Made by a program: the position numbers and the translations under genes. From contig NW_025767313.1 of assembly GCF_003918875.1 (NCBI RefSeq), positions 1,302,001 to 1,366,000 on the forward strand: a stretch of DNA of 64,000 nucleotides. Direction: 5' to 3'. This document shows positions 27,960-41,174 of the stretch, one piece after another; the stretch's first letter is position 1; each line of letters starts with the position of its first letter. Source of the DNA: Haliotis rubra (Eukaryota). The notes below the pieces were generated by a model, which did not search any database, had not been told where the DNA came from, and saw only the letters and a program-made list of their open reading frames with translations.

Positions 27960-28774
27960 TATATATTTAACCATCCCATGTATTGAATTCACACAGACGA
28001 ACAGGCGCAATATGCTCAAATTCAGTTTAATAAAACGAATATATTATTATAACTTATGCTTGAGAAATAAACCTGACGCACAAAAGACAGTACTAAGTAT
28101 TTGTTTAAGTACGCCGCCCTGAAGTAGTAATAATTTATAAGTATTAAAATTCTAAAAATCACTCTTACAGATTTATAACTGAACCTTCAGAGATGATATC
28201 GCAGCATGAGGACTTACACGGACACAATGACCCCCAACAAACTTCCTGCTTGACTGACGTCACACAGCATTGTATCGCAGGTGTATGTTGCAGGGGCGGG
28301 AACAGCTTTAAGAAAAAGGGTGTGTGCACACTATTGAGAAAAGGCGGGTGCACATTCCATATGCACCCGAGTTTCAATGGTCATTTAACAAACCTTCAGA
28401 ACAAAATAAATGTCTAGTTGAGTTTCAAGTCAAAATTCGCGAAATATATTTTGACATTCAGAAAGTAAGCTGTCCTTAATTCCAGTAATGTCCTTCCTAT
28501 AACCATGCACTCACGAATAAAAAGAAGTTGTTATCCATAAAGTTTGTTCTATATTATAACCATACAGCCTAATGTACTATGTTACCGGAAACCAGATGTT
28601 CCTTTCTGTTCTAACGTATGTAGTTTCGAAGTGTGTAACAGTCATTTATCTTATACCCACATATTTGTGCCATATGCACTCTTCGTGCACGACGGATATC
28701 TTTAATCTAAAAATGTTGTGCACTTGTTGACAGCTTTTCAAACGAAGGCCACTACGTTACCGAATGTGTCTGAA

Positions 28775-28927
28775 CTGACAATCCAGTGATTCACATCATG
28801 AACATCGATCTGCGTAACTGGGATGCGATAACATCTGTCGACCAAGTCAGCGAGCCTGAACTCCCCATCCAATCGCCCCTACCGACAATCAAGAGGAATA
28901 TCAATTCTAACGCGGATCTTCGCGGGT
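28775..28927 (-). mobile_element. Degenerate SINE family A copy
   Basis: GACAATCCAGTGA...CCAAGTCAGCGAGCCTGA...GGATCTTCGCGGGT matches family A, including the 5' terminus. Confidence 0.75.
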
Positions 28928-29150
28928 GTCCACAGTTTCAGTGAGAATGTTCTCAGAACACGTTGGTGATATTGCTGCATTCTAAAATCGGGGTCGGGAA
29001 CACAATCATGTTTGAGATGCCTGATGTCAGATGCCAAAAAGGGATGAGAACATCGAAATGAATTACAAATATGACCCAGACTAGGCTACATTAGACAATG
29101 GAAGGTTAAATAACACGGTGGGGTCAAACACACAGGTGGAAACTATTCAG

Positions 29151-29368
29151 AAACACCCGAAGACAGAGACATCAGTGGAACCCATTTAGCTCTGCACAAA
29201 ACACCCGAAGACAGAGACATCACTGGAACCCATTTAGCTCTGCACAAAACACCCGAAGACAGAGACATCAATGAAACGCATTTAGCTCTGCACAAAACAC
29301 CCGAAGACAGAGACATCAATGAAACGCATTTAGCTCTGCACAAAACACCCGAAGACAGAGACATCAAT
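29151..29368. repeat. 48-bp tandem repeat, ~4.5 copies
   Basis: AAACACCCGAAGACAGAGACATCAGTGGAACCCATTTAGCTCTGCACA. Confidence 0.95.
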
Positions 29369-29969
29369 GTTTTGTTCGTCAGAAAAACCCGCATTCAACT
29401 GCCGCTGAGGTTCCCATGTGTCACTATGCACACTTATTATAGACACTGAGTATAAGCTCGCACACAGGCCTCTGCAATCATGCAGCCAGGATATGTGAAC
29501 AAGCTGGCGCGGTGCTCCTGAGACGGGCGTGGGCGGGCGGGCAGCTACATCATTGTCACTGGGAGCACCTCACACGGGCCCGACCTTCCCTCTGTGCGGG
29601 GGTGTCACCAAGACAACCTTTGTTCCAACCCGAGACGTATTACTTGGCCATGTCGTGTACAAGCCCTGGCGACAAACGCTGTTTCATGTAATTCTCATCG
29701 TGTGCAAACAATACCCTGTGCAGGATAGACTTGAACGGTATGTGAAGACATGTCGATTTCCATGGCACGTCACGCAAACAGTCAAATGTGTGTCGTGCGA
29801 GCATCGCCCATAATGTGCACCATACATGCATTTACCATTTGCATGCAATCACATGAAGGTAAAACACAAGTCATTCATAAATTGAGGAAACTCTCTGCGC
29901 TTTCTGCCCAAAGCGTACACGTGTTTGTCGTTTCTTGACATTAAGTTTATAAAACTAAACAGTTATAAT

Positions 29970-31555
29970 CATACCTCCCTGCTGGCCAAAGGTAACCCGA
30001 CTCTCACCCATACCTCTCTGCTGGCCAAAGGTAACCCGACTCGCACCCATACCTCCCTGCTGGCCAAAGGTAACCCGACTCGCACCCATACCTCCCTGCT
30101 GGCCAAAGGTAAGCCGACTCTTTCTTTAAAACTCGCACCCATACCTCCCTGCTGGCCAAAGGTAACCCGACTCTTTCTTTAAAATTCGCACCCATACCTC
30201 CCTGCTGGCCAAAGGTAACCCGACTCTCACCCATACCTCTCTGCTGGCCAAAGGTAAGCCGACTCTTTCTTTAAAACTCGCACCCATACCTCCCTGCTGG
30301 CCAAAGGTAAGCCGACTCTTTCTTTAAAATTCGCACCCATACCTCCCTGCTGGCCAAAGGTAACCCGACTCTCACCCATACCTCCCTGCTGGCCAAAGGT
30401 AACCCGACTCTCACCCATACCTCTCTGCTGGCCAAAGGTTACCCGACTCGCACCCATACCTCCCTGCTGGCCAAAGGTAACCCGACTCTCACCCATACCT
30501 CCCTGCTGGCCAAAGGTAACCCGACTCTTTCTTTAAAACTCGCACCCATACCTCCCTGCTGGCCAAAGGTAACCCGACTCTTTCTTTAAAACTCGCACCC
30601 ATACCTCCCTGCTGGCCAAAGGTAACCCGACTCTTTCTTTAAAACTCGCACCCATACCTCCCTGCTGGCCAAAAGTAACCCGACTCTTTCTTTAAAACTC
30701 TCACCCATACCTCCCTGCTGGCCAAAGGTAACCCGACTCTTACTTTAAAACTCTCACCCATACCTCCCTGCTGGCCAAAGGTAAGCCGACTCTTTCTTTA
30801 AAACTCGCACCCATACCTCCCTGCTGGCCAAAGGTAAGCCGACTCTTTCTTTAAAATTCGCACCCATACCTCCCTGCTGGCCAAAGGTAACCCGACTCTC
30901 ACCCATACCTCTCTGCTGGCCAAAGGTTACCCGACTCGCACCCATACCTCCCTGCTGGCCAAAGGTAACCCGACTCTCACCCATACCTCCCTGCTGGCCA
31001 AAGGTAACCCGACTCGCACCCATACCTCCCTGCTGGCCAAAAGTAACCCGACTCTTTCTTTAAAACTCGCACCCATACCTCCCTGCTGGCCAAAGGTAAC
31101 CCGACTCTTTCTTTAAATCTCGCACCCATACCTCCCTGCTGGCCAAAGGTAAGCCGACTCTTTCTTTAAAACTCGCACCCATACCTCCCTGCTGGCCAAA
31201 GGTAACCCGACTCTTTCTTTAAAACTCGCACCCATACCACCCTGCTGGCCAAAAGTAACCCGGCTCTTTCTTTAAAACTCTCACCCATACCTCCCTGCTG
31301 GCCAAAGGTAACCCGACTCTTTCTTTAAAACTCGCACCCATACCTCCCTGCTGGCCAAAGGTAACCCGACTCTTTCTTTAAAACTCGCACCCATACCTCC
31401 CTGCTGGCCAAAGGTAACCCGACTCTTTCTTTAAAACTCGCACCCATACCTCCCTGCTGGCCAAAGGTAACCCGACTCTTTCTTTAAAACTCGCACCCAT
31501 ACCTCCCTGCTGGCCAAAGGTAACCCGACTCTTTCTTTAAAACTCGCACCCATAC
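29970..31555. repeat. Minisatellite with interspersed 39-bp and 53-bp units
   Basis: Core CCCATACCTCCCTGCTGGCCAAAGGTAACCCGACTC, with or without a 14-bp TTTCTTTAAAACTC insert. Confidence 0.97.
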
Positions 31556-32389
31556 AAAGGAGTATATCTTATGTTAAGACAGGAAGCGCATAACACTGTC
31601 ATGGCAGTTTAGGGGTTAAATGTCAGGATATTGAACAATGTAGTTGACGTTTTCTCCACATTAATTGTGTACATCCTTGCGACTTCATCATACCATTCTG
31701 ACTCTACCTCCCCTCAAGTGCGCACTGTACCATTCCACATTGACTGTTTTAATGCTGATGCTTAGACGTATATAATGAGCCGTATTAGAAAACTGTGTAG
31801 AGCCGTTCCGAAGCAAATCACACACGTGCAGATCACAGGTATTCATGCAACAACAACAAAACGTGGATAGTTCATTGAACAAGTAATTGACATAGGGGCT
31901 ATATTCGAAATTCAGAACTCTCTCTACATATTTTGTATCATGCACAATATTTCAGAGTATATGTCAAAATGCAGTGAACTCAGAGGACAAGCTGTATTTG
32001 GAAGTATTCTCTTCCAGCGTACTAATGTTATGATAGTATAAATGAATGTATTGGTAATATCTAGTACTTTGGTCGTTCTGGGCAGCGTATGGACTGGCAT
32101 TTAAACCCCGTTTAGCAAAATGGCATATTACAAGATAGAAGTAAAACGTGTATTAAACCACGTCAAACGTGACTTTTGAGTATTGATCATGTTTCTATTT
32201 TTGTAGATCATCGTAGATATACTAAAGTATATAGTTATGGCCACTTTGTTTTTATCTGCATTTTCTATTTGTATACATACTGATGTTGTTGAAGATGAGT
32301 ACCACTCTCACGTCAGTGTCTGGAACTATTCCCGGATAGCAGGGTTTGGCTTTCGTGTCGCTTATTGCGCCGTTTTTAGGAACCTCATC

Positions 32390-34095
32390 GGGTGAGCATT
32401 GCTTGTGTGCAAACATCTGTCTTGATGACTTTATTTATTAACATAGATCTCACTGCATTATCATTGTGTGCAACATCTGTCTTGAATTACGTTTTTGCAT
32501 AATATAGAGCTCATTGCATTATCATTGTGTGCAAACATCTGTCTTGATGACTATATTTATTAACATAGAGCTCACTGCATTGTCATTGTGTGCAAACATC
32601 TGCCTTGATGACTTTATTTATTAACATGGAGCTCATTGCATTATCATTGTGTGCAAACATCTGTCTTGATGACTTTATTTATTAACATGGAGCTCATTGC
32701 ATTATCATTGTGTGCAAACATCTGTCTTGATGACTTTATTTATTAACATAGAGCTCATTGCATTATCATTGTGTGCAACATCTGTCTTGAATTACGTTTT
32801 TGCATAACATAGAGCTCATTGCATTATCATTGTGTGCAACATCTGTCTTGAATTACGTTTTTGCATAACATAGAGCTCATTGCATTATAATTGTGTGCAA
32901 ACATCTGCCTTCATGACTTTATTTATTAACATGGAGCTCATTGCATTATCATTGTGTGCAAACATCTGTCTTGAATTACTTTACTTATCGACAAAGAGCT
33001 CATCCTATAAACATTACTTTACGTATTGGCAAAGAGCTCATCCTATAAACATTACTTTATTTATTGACAAAGAGCTCATCCTATAAACATTACTTTATTT
33101 AATGACAAATAGCTCATCCTATAAACATTACTTTACGTATTGGCAAAGAGATCATCCTATAAACACTACTTTATTTATTGACAAAGAGTTCATACTACAA
33201 ACATTACTTTACTTATTGACAAAGAGCTCATCGTATAAACATTACTTTACTTATCGACAAAGAGCTCATCCTACAAACATCAATTTACTTATTGACAAAG
33301 AGCTCATCGTATAAACATTACTTTACTTATCGACAAAGAGCTCATCCTACAAACATCAATTTACTTATTGACAAAGAGCTCATCCTATAAACATTGTGTG
33401 CAAATGTCTGGCTTGAAGTACCTGAACTTTCCTTCTTGACATAAAACTCGTCACACTGTTTCGCGTGCAAACATTGGCCTTGAACTACTTTACATGCCGA
33501 CCTGGAGCTCACCACATTAACATGGTGTGCAAACATTGGCCTTGAACTACTGTACATGCCGACCTGGAGCTCACCACATTAACATGGTGTGCAAACATTG
33601 GCCTTGAACTACTTTACATGCCGACCTGGAGCTCACCACATTAACATGGTGTGCAAACATTGACCTTGAACTACTTTACATGCCGACCTGGAGCTCACCA
33701 CATCAACATGGTGTGCAAACAATGGCCTTGAACTACTTTACATACCGACCTGGAGCTCACCACATTAACATGGTGTGCAAACATTGGCCTTGAACTACTG
33801 TACATGCCGACCTGGAGCTCACCACATTAACATGGTGTGCAAACATTGGCCTTGAACTACTTTACATGCCGACCTGGAGCTCACCACATTAACATGGTGT
33901 GCAAACATTGGCCTTGAACTACTGTACATGCCGACCTGGAGCTCACCACATTAACATGGTGTGCAAACATTGGCCTTGAACTACTGTACATGCCGACCTG
34001 GAGCTCACCACATTAACACGGTGTGCAAACATTGGCCTTGAATTACTGTACATGGCGACCTGGAGCTCACCACATTAACACGGTGTGCAAACACC
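32390..34095. repeat. Compound satellite: 61-bp, 38-bp and 62-bp sub-arrays
   Basis: 61-bp units at 32390-32990, 38-bp units at 32990-33400 and 62-bp units at 33460-34095. All share GAGCTCA and AAACAT. Confidence 0.93.
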
Positions 34096-34599
34096 AGTCG
34101 TGAATTGCTTTGCCGATCAACACAACGCCCATCCTATTCACATTGTGTACATATATGCCGCGAAATACGTTAAATATTATAATTCAATTGCAGTTCCATC
34201 GCCACTGGCAAATATATTGTCGTAAAATATGTTAAGATGGTAGTTACTGTTATCCTGCCTGGCGGTATTAGGGTAATGGACTTTCTGGCTCTGTCGGTAT
34301 AAGTGCGAATGTAATGATGAAACATTTCAAAGTTTAGTGTACTAGTTATTGACCGCCTCTGCAAACATAAACTTTGACGAAATCGAAGCCCTAGAACGAT
34401 CAAACTGTATACTTCCAAGGAGCTATGTCTGTGCAACTGAGAGATTACCATAGAGCAATAACCGAGTGAATCAGGCGTTCCAGCTTTTGGGAGGCAGGTG
34501 ATGGAGAATCTAGACGTTTACTATTTGATGAAAAGCCACGAACATGGGTACAATGCCGAAAATTGGAGAGAATTCGTACACCCGATTCTAGCAACCTTT

Positions 34600-34830
34600 G
34601 CTAGACTTCCTGTCTTTTAGGACCGGTCGATTCAAGGTCAGATTCTAGCTCTAAACGAAGGTCCCTGTCTAATAGAACCGATCCTTTGTCAGATTCTAGC
34701 CCAAAACAAAGCTTCCTGTCTAATATAACCACTCCTTTGTCTGATTCTAGCTCAACACAAAGCTTCCTGTCTAACAGAACGGACCTTATCACAGAGTTCA
34801 GCTCATGTACAAGGCTTCATGTCTAATTGG
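34600..34830. repeat. ~51-bp degenerate tandem repeat, ~4 copies
   Basis: Recurring GATTCTAGCT...CTTCCTGTCTAA...CCTTTGTC. Confidence 0.8.
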
Positions 34831-34945
34831 ACCAAACTATATCTCACTGTACAAAGTAGGGCTGACCCTACTCTGAGTAAGGATTCCTATCTCTAGGACC
34901 CATCGTATATATGTAAGCTTCTAGTGTCTGTGCAAGACTTCCTAC

Positions 34946-35505
34946 CTGCAGCAGCGTCTGACGGGCCGGCATACAGTGGTAATGGAGGGCCTCCTTCACA
35001 AGCTTCTGGCAATCTGGGATGTCCATTAAGAAGGTAACAGACTCGACTCTGTCCACGATCTCAGATGGACTCAGAAGTGGGAGGCGGACTGTCTTCAACA
35101 GGTCGTACGCGAACTCCAGACGGTGTTGCCGATCCACTTCGATCCATTCCAACACACGATGGAAAACAAACACCTCACTTCTGGTGACGAGGTCATCACG
35201 GGTCAACAGACAAATCAGTTGTTCTACTGGCATAGACTTAAATTCTACTTTCCTGGAAACTGTTTCAAAATGGCTGGCAGCAATTGCTGACGATATTTCT
35301 GTCAAACGATCAAGGACGTGGGTGACCGATAGGTCCAATAGTGACAAACAGTTGTCCACATTGAGATGGTCGCTTAGGTATTCCTCACACGCTTCGTGGA
35401 TTCCTAGAAACCCCAGAACTGAGGCTGCTGCCAGTATATCACGGACGTTCACGTCAGATAACTGCAGTCGCCCTGTGTACAGACACTCCAGAATAGCCTG
35501 CAAAC
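34946..35505 (-). CDS. Kelch-like protein, coding exon 2 (C-terminal BTB and BACK domain)
   Basis: Acceptor ctctatctctgtgttgcag; encodes GLQAILECLYTGRLQLS...NVDNCL...SEVFVFHRVLEWIEVD...VRLPLLSP...EALHYH; donor CAG|gtagga. 560 nt; the phase-1 start matches the exon 1 end. Confidence 0.93.
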
Positions 35506-36595
35506 CTGCAACACAGAGATAGAGTGGTTCAGCAGTCGGCCTGTATACAGACACTCCAGAATAGCCTGCAAACCTGTAACACAGAGATAGAGCGGTACAG
35601 CAGGTGGCCTGTATACAGACACTCCAGAATAGCCTGCAAACCTGTAACACGGAGATAGAGTGGTTCAGCAGTCGCCCTGTGTACAGACACTCCAGAATAG
35701 CCTGCAAACCTGTAACACGGAGATAGAGTTGTTCAGCAGTCGCCCTGTGTACAGACACTCCAGAATAGCCTGCAAACCTGTAACACGGAGATAGAGTTGT
35801 TCAGCAGTCGGCCTGTATACAGACACTCCAGAATAGCCTGCAAACCTGGAACACAGAGATAGAGTGGTTCAGCAGTCGGCCTGTGTACAGACACTCCAGA
35901 TTAGACTGCAAACCTGTAACACGGAGATAGAGTGGTTCAGCAGGTGGCCTGTATACAGACACTCCAGAATAGCCTGCAAACCTGTAACACAGAGATAGAG
36001 TGGTTCAACAGTCGGCGTGTATACAGACACTCCAGAATAGCCTGCAAACCTCTAACACGGCCTGTATACGGACACTTCAGGTTCTACAGGAGGCCTGTGT
36101 GGAGAAACTTCAGATTACCCAGCACCCCTTCTACAAGGATATGGAGTGGTTCAGCAGGGGCCTGTATGCATAAACTTCAAATTACCCAGCAACCTTGCAA
36201 CTCAGAGATTGAGTGGTTCAGCAGGAGGCCTGTATACAGAAATGTCAGGTTAAACTGCAACCTTGCAACTCAGATACGGAGTGGTTCAGAAGGGGGCCTG
36301 TATACAGAAATGTCAGGTTACACTCTAACCTTGCAACTCAGATATGGAGTGGTACAGCAGGATGCCTGTATACAGAAATTTCAGGTTAAACTGCAACCTT
36401 GCAACTTAGAGATGGAGTGGTTCAGTAGGGGGGCTGCATACAGGAATTTCAGGTTAAACCGCAACCTTGCAACTCAGATATGGAGTGGTTCAGCAGGAGG
36501 CCTGTATACAGAAATTTCAGGTTAAACTGCAACCTTGCAACTCAGATATTGAGTGGTTCAGCAGGAGGCCTGTATACAGAAATTTCAGATTAAAC
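35467..36595. repeat. 68-bp tandem array containing the Kelch exon-2 splice acceptor and the first ~40 nt of the exon
   Basis: AGACACTCCAG recurs at 35481, 35549, 35617, 35685, 35753, 35821, 35889, 35957 and 36025. Diverged 68-bp units continue to ~36595. Confidence 0.95.
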
Positions 36596-36705
36596 ATGAT
36601 GCATGAGTACATGATGCAGACACTTCAGATTCACCAACACAGGTTTGGGAGTACATGATGCAGACACTTCAGATTCACCAACACAGGTTTGGGAGTACAT
36701 GATCC
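36596..36705. repeat. 44-bp tandem duplication
   Basis: GAGTACATGATGCAGACACTTCAGATTCACCAACACAGGTTTGG, twice plus a partial copy. Confidence 0.85.
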
Positions 36706-38757
36706 AGCACGAGAATGGGAGTGAGGTGGATAGAGGGCGCATAAAGGTTTTCTACACAGTTAGTTTTTCGGGATTTACGCCGCTGTGAGCAATATTTCAG
36801 CAACTTCAAGACAGTCAACAGCCCGCCCCGTTAATCAACTCTCCTGATTGTATACAAAATAAATCAATGTCCTTTGAGGTCTTGGTTCATTCCATGGAAT
36901 ATACAATGTGGAATTATTGTCAGCTGGTCTTTAAAGTACGTACGGCTGTGAATGCATTCCGAATAGCAGCTTGAGTGGGGTATAAAATACCATCTCCAGC
37001 TTGCAGGACCACAAATTCCCGTCACTGTATTTTGTGTTTATTCTGTCATTGAGATTTAGTGTTAGGACAAATCAGAGTAATTTCTCCTTATATTCCAGCA
37101 CTTTGAAACATTCAAGCGTCTTGAACTGGTTGTACAGTACAATATGTCAACTAATGCTTGCAGATAATACAAGATATGTGTAGAGATTTAAAAAATCCGA
37201 TATCGTTCGTCATATCGCCATGATCTCTGATTGAAGACGACGCCTAGTTCCTGGATAGCTGACAGCTGACAGACCCGTTGTGCAGTCGTCCCTATGTGAT
37301 GCTAAAGAGATCATTCGTCTGACTGCATGTCTGAATCGGGGGTGGATTCCAAATTATCGAGTCTGGGCGAGGATACCAGATCACATACTTACATGCATGA
37401 TTATCTATCAACGCAATCGGGACACGATGACCAACTACTTCTAGGTCACACTTTGACCTCGTAATTCTGCCCACGAATATTCTAGATATAAGACTTATTC
37501 TTCTTTAGTAAATCAACGGTTAAGGAACAAATCTGGGGTCTCGTGGCTTCACTCACTCTCTCATGTTCCGATGACACTGCAGAGATAACGTACACAAATC
37601 ATACATGCGTACATTCGCGTTACGTCTTGTGCGCATACTGTGATTTGGTACCGCATTTCGAGATATCCCGAGCTATTCCGAAAACGGCCGACTGACTTTT
37701 TGTAATTCACGGAAACAGACAAATGGTGATCGTCTTTGTCTGCATCGATTGTATACATGGTCATCCCTTAAAGGTCAACATATTCAATAAGTTCCTGGGA
37801 GCAGGAAGTTGTCACGAATGACCTTTAACCACCGACGGAAGATAAATGAATTTGAAAGATAACCCTTTGATATCATGAAAAGTCTCATTTTGGCATTGAC
37901 ATACACTAAGAAAATTCTTTGTTCGCGTGCTACGTTAACCAAGTGTTATTTGGCCCTCACAGACAGAGCGTTCGTCTTTCATCCGGCGGTATCAGTCATA
38001 TCGTTTAACCATTCACTGTTAAGGTAGATAGGACTGCCATTACCCCGTGTATTTCAAAGAACTGAAATTGTTTTTGTTACAATGGATTTTAAAGTGGAAA
38101 AATGAGTTTACGCCATTTTCAATTTGGGAGGATGAAATACTAAATAATCATTTAATATTTTCAGGTCGAAACAAATTTAACACCCCCAAATGTAGAGACA
38201 TGGCTATCTCAACAGGTAGTCTTAAAGAGAGGGCAGGTGAAAGACGGAATAAATCAAATATTTTTTTATCCTAAAACTATTCACACATATTGTTACCTGT
38301 CACATCAGATATTTTGAAACGTAAATTTAGACGTCTAGGCAGTAGGCAACTGGAAATATATGGCATAACACATATCAAATTTTAACAGTCCTTAAGAATA
38401 ACGTGTCTTAAGATGCTCAGTCTAGTCATGAAACTAACAAGTATACGTGGAATTTGCATCTCATCATTCCAGTTAAGATGATAAATAAATCTGAATGACG
38501 TCAATTAAATATGATCGGTTGTATCACTGTCCTATAACTGTCGATTTCAATGGTACTTAATGACAGGGTGCTATAACATATCTGCATGATTTTATTGTTA
38601 ATTTGATCAGATCGTGTACTTGCTCATGCCAATGGCGAAAATTTAATATGCTTTTTAATAACATGTATCAGATAGACTGAGCACAGGAGAACGCCCGAAG
38701 GTTCGAATATGAAACTGAAGCTTAAAACGGCCCTCTTGCCCACACAAACTGACCTTG

Positions 38758-39477
38758 GCGTTTTGCGCATCTTGCATGCTTAAATACATGTACCACCGTT
38801 TTGCGTATCTTGCATGCTTAAATACATGTACCACCGTTTTGCGTATCTTGCATGCTTAAATACATGTACCACCGTTTGCGTATCTTGCATGCTTAAATAC
38901 ACGTACCACCGTTTTGCGTATCTTGCATGCTTAAATACATGTACCACCGTTTGCGTATCTTGCATGCTTAAATACATGTACCACCGTTTTGCGTATCTTG
39001 CATGCTTAAATACATGTACCACCGTTTGCGCATCTTGCATGCTTAAATACATGTACCACCGTTTGCGTATCTTGCATGCTTAAATACATGTACCACCGTT
39101 TGCGCATCTTGCATGCTTAAATACATGTACCACCGTTTGCGTATCTTGCATGCTTAAATACATGTACCACCGTTTGCGTATCTTGCATGCTTAAATACAT
39201 GTACCACCGTTTGCGTATCTTGCATGCTTAAATACATGTACCACCGTTTTGCGTATCTTGCATGCTTAAATACATGTACCACCGTTTGCGTATCTTGCAT
39301 GCTTAAATACATGTACCACCGTTTGCGTATCTTGCATGCTTAAATACATGTACCACCGTTTGCGTATCTTGCATGCTTAAATACATGTACCACCGTTTGC
39401 GCATCTTGCATGCTTAAATACATGTACCACCGTTTGCGTATCTTGCATGCTTAAATACATGTACCACCGTTTTGCGC
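38758..39477. repeat. 37/38-bp minisatellite, ~19 near-identical copies
   Basis: CGTTT(T)GCGTATCTTGCATGCTTAAATACATGTACCAC. Confidence 0.97.
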
Positions 39478-40039
39478 TAGCAAGTCCAGGGCAGTAAAGC
39501 TGACAAAAAGTAGAAGAATATTTTAACAGCCATGGCTGTATGTACAATGTCAGGCGCTCACAGAGCCAGCTTGTAATCAAATAAAATATTGTCTAGACTA
39601 TATTGGTTTGCTAATACATTCCTTTCTACAGAAGACGAATGAACGGCGCACGTTATCCCCAAACATACAAATATATATCTATCTATATGTATATATCTAC
39701 TCCTATTCCGCTGTAAGTCATGTATCCTTGTAAAACTGTCCATAATCGATTTCGGGGGCGTTTGTGCTGTGTTATCTTTATGCATGACAACCATACAGTT
39801 TTTAACACAGAGCTGAGTTAATGATAGCACAGTGTGGAGGGCAAATCACATTTCAGATGAGAAGTAAATTATTCGGACGTCATAAGAGGCGTTTGTAGTG
39901 GGTTCTCTAAATACTACTTTCATGTTTTCATACAAAAACAGAAGTAAGAGAGAGATTAGGCTATTACATTCAAGTACGCACTTGTGCAGCTGCTTGTACA
40001 AGTCTACACTGTAAAGAGCTAGCTCACTGAGATACCATA

Positions 40040-40210
40040 CCGGGGTTTAACACAGACACATCACTCGGTCACAGTACTCTTCCACTGGGCCAAACAGGGA
40101 GCGCCAGGCATAGTAAACTTAAGTTCCATCTATAATGCCCATGGACAGGGGATCGAACCACCGACTCTCCTCTCTCTGGGTAGACGCACTATCCACTACA
40201 CCATCGCCGA
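40040..40210 (-). mobile_element. Degenerate tRNA-derived SINE, different family
   Basis: Minus-strand head GGCGATGGTGTAGTGGATAGTG...GGTTCGATCCC, followed by non-tRNA sequence. Confidence 0.55.
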
Positions 40211-40501
40211 AGAGTACATATCATGTGACCTGACAGATACTATTCAGGGCCCCTTTCACAAAGCTATCGTAGCGCTGTGACTGTCGTAAGTCTAGGATGC
40301 TCCGAAGGTGCTGTATGAAATCAATCAGTGGTGAGTCTAATTCAAACTGAACATGTTATACCGTTGTGGCCATTTGTAATGTGGTTGATGTCATGCATTC
40401 TGTCTGAGGGTCACACAGTGTCGACCACTATTTCATATACGTCCCCCACACGTCCCCCGATACTCCACATGGTCCACATAGCTTGACCCTCAAACGTTGA
40501 A

Positions 40502-40618
40502 GGGGAGGTTGGTAACCCAGTGGTTAAAACGTTTGCTCGTCACGCCGAAGACCGGGTTCGATCCCCCACATGGGTAACATATGTGAAGCCCATTTCTAAA
40601 AGTGGCGTAAAACTAAAT
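40502..40618 (+). mobile_element. SINE family B, internally deleted
   Basis: GGTAACCCAGTGGTTAAAACG...GGTTCGATCCCCCACATGGG...GGCGTAAAACTAAA. Confidence 0.8.
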
Positions 40619-41174
40619 GTTGAAAGCTTGAGGCAACAGAACCGTAAAGATTCGAATTGAGAAACGACATGGCAGAACAGACATACCCCATGTTGCAATA
40701 TATGATCTTCGACCTCGTAGGATACAATGCTCCTACAAATCACATTTTGTACTGCTACGAATTCCCACAGTATGAGAGTGGGAAAAGGTCGGTGCCAACA
40801 TTGACATTACAGAAGAGTTCCTTTAAGAAACATTTATGTTTTGGTTAAGCTGAAGTGTAGCAATTCATATTTATATAGGTACGTGTACCCCCATAATATG
40901 TATTTATTCTTCCCTGCCTATAATTTGATGATGCATAGTCAAAACATCGCCATATATAAGTCAAAGCTTTGCGCTAACCCCTAATTCTTTTATCCCGTGT
41001 TATATTATTACGTATTGCCTTGGAAACTGACCTGTGTATGTGGCATTGACAAAATGACGAAATGGACATGAAGATTTGTCCGGACAGTAAACTGATTGGA
41101 TTGGCAGCGGTTGTAGTAACATGTAAATACGCTTCTACGTTCAGCTACATACTTGGCCTCGCTTCCACACTCAC

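Noticed and set aside
29480-29830. GC-rich short ORFs in Kelch intron 2
   Set aside because: No recognisable domain, and exons 2 and 3 already join seamlessly without it.
34868-35758. The 296-aa ORF as a single complete CDS
   Set aside because: Only 34946-35505 is supported as exon. The N-terminal part is the 68-bp repeat and the C-terminal part reads past the donor.
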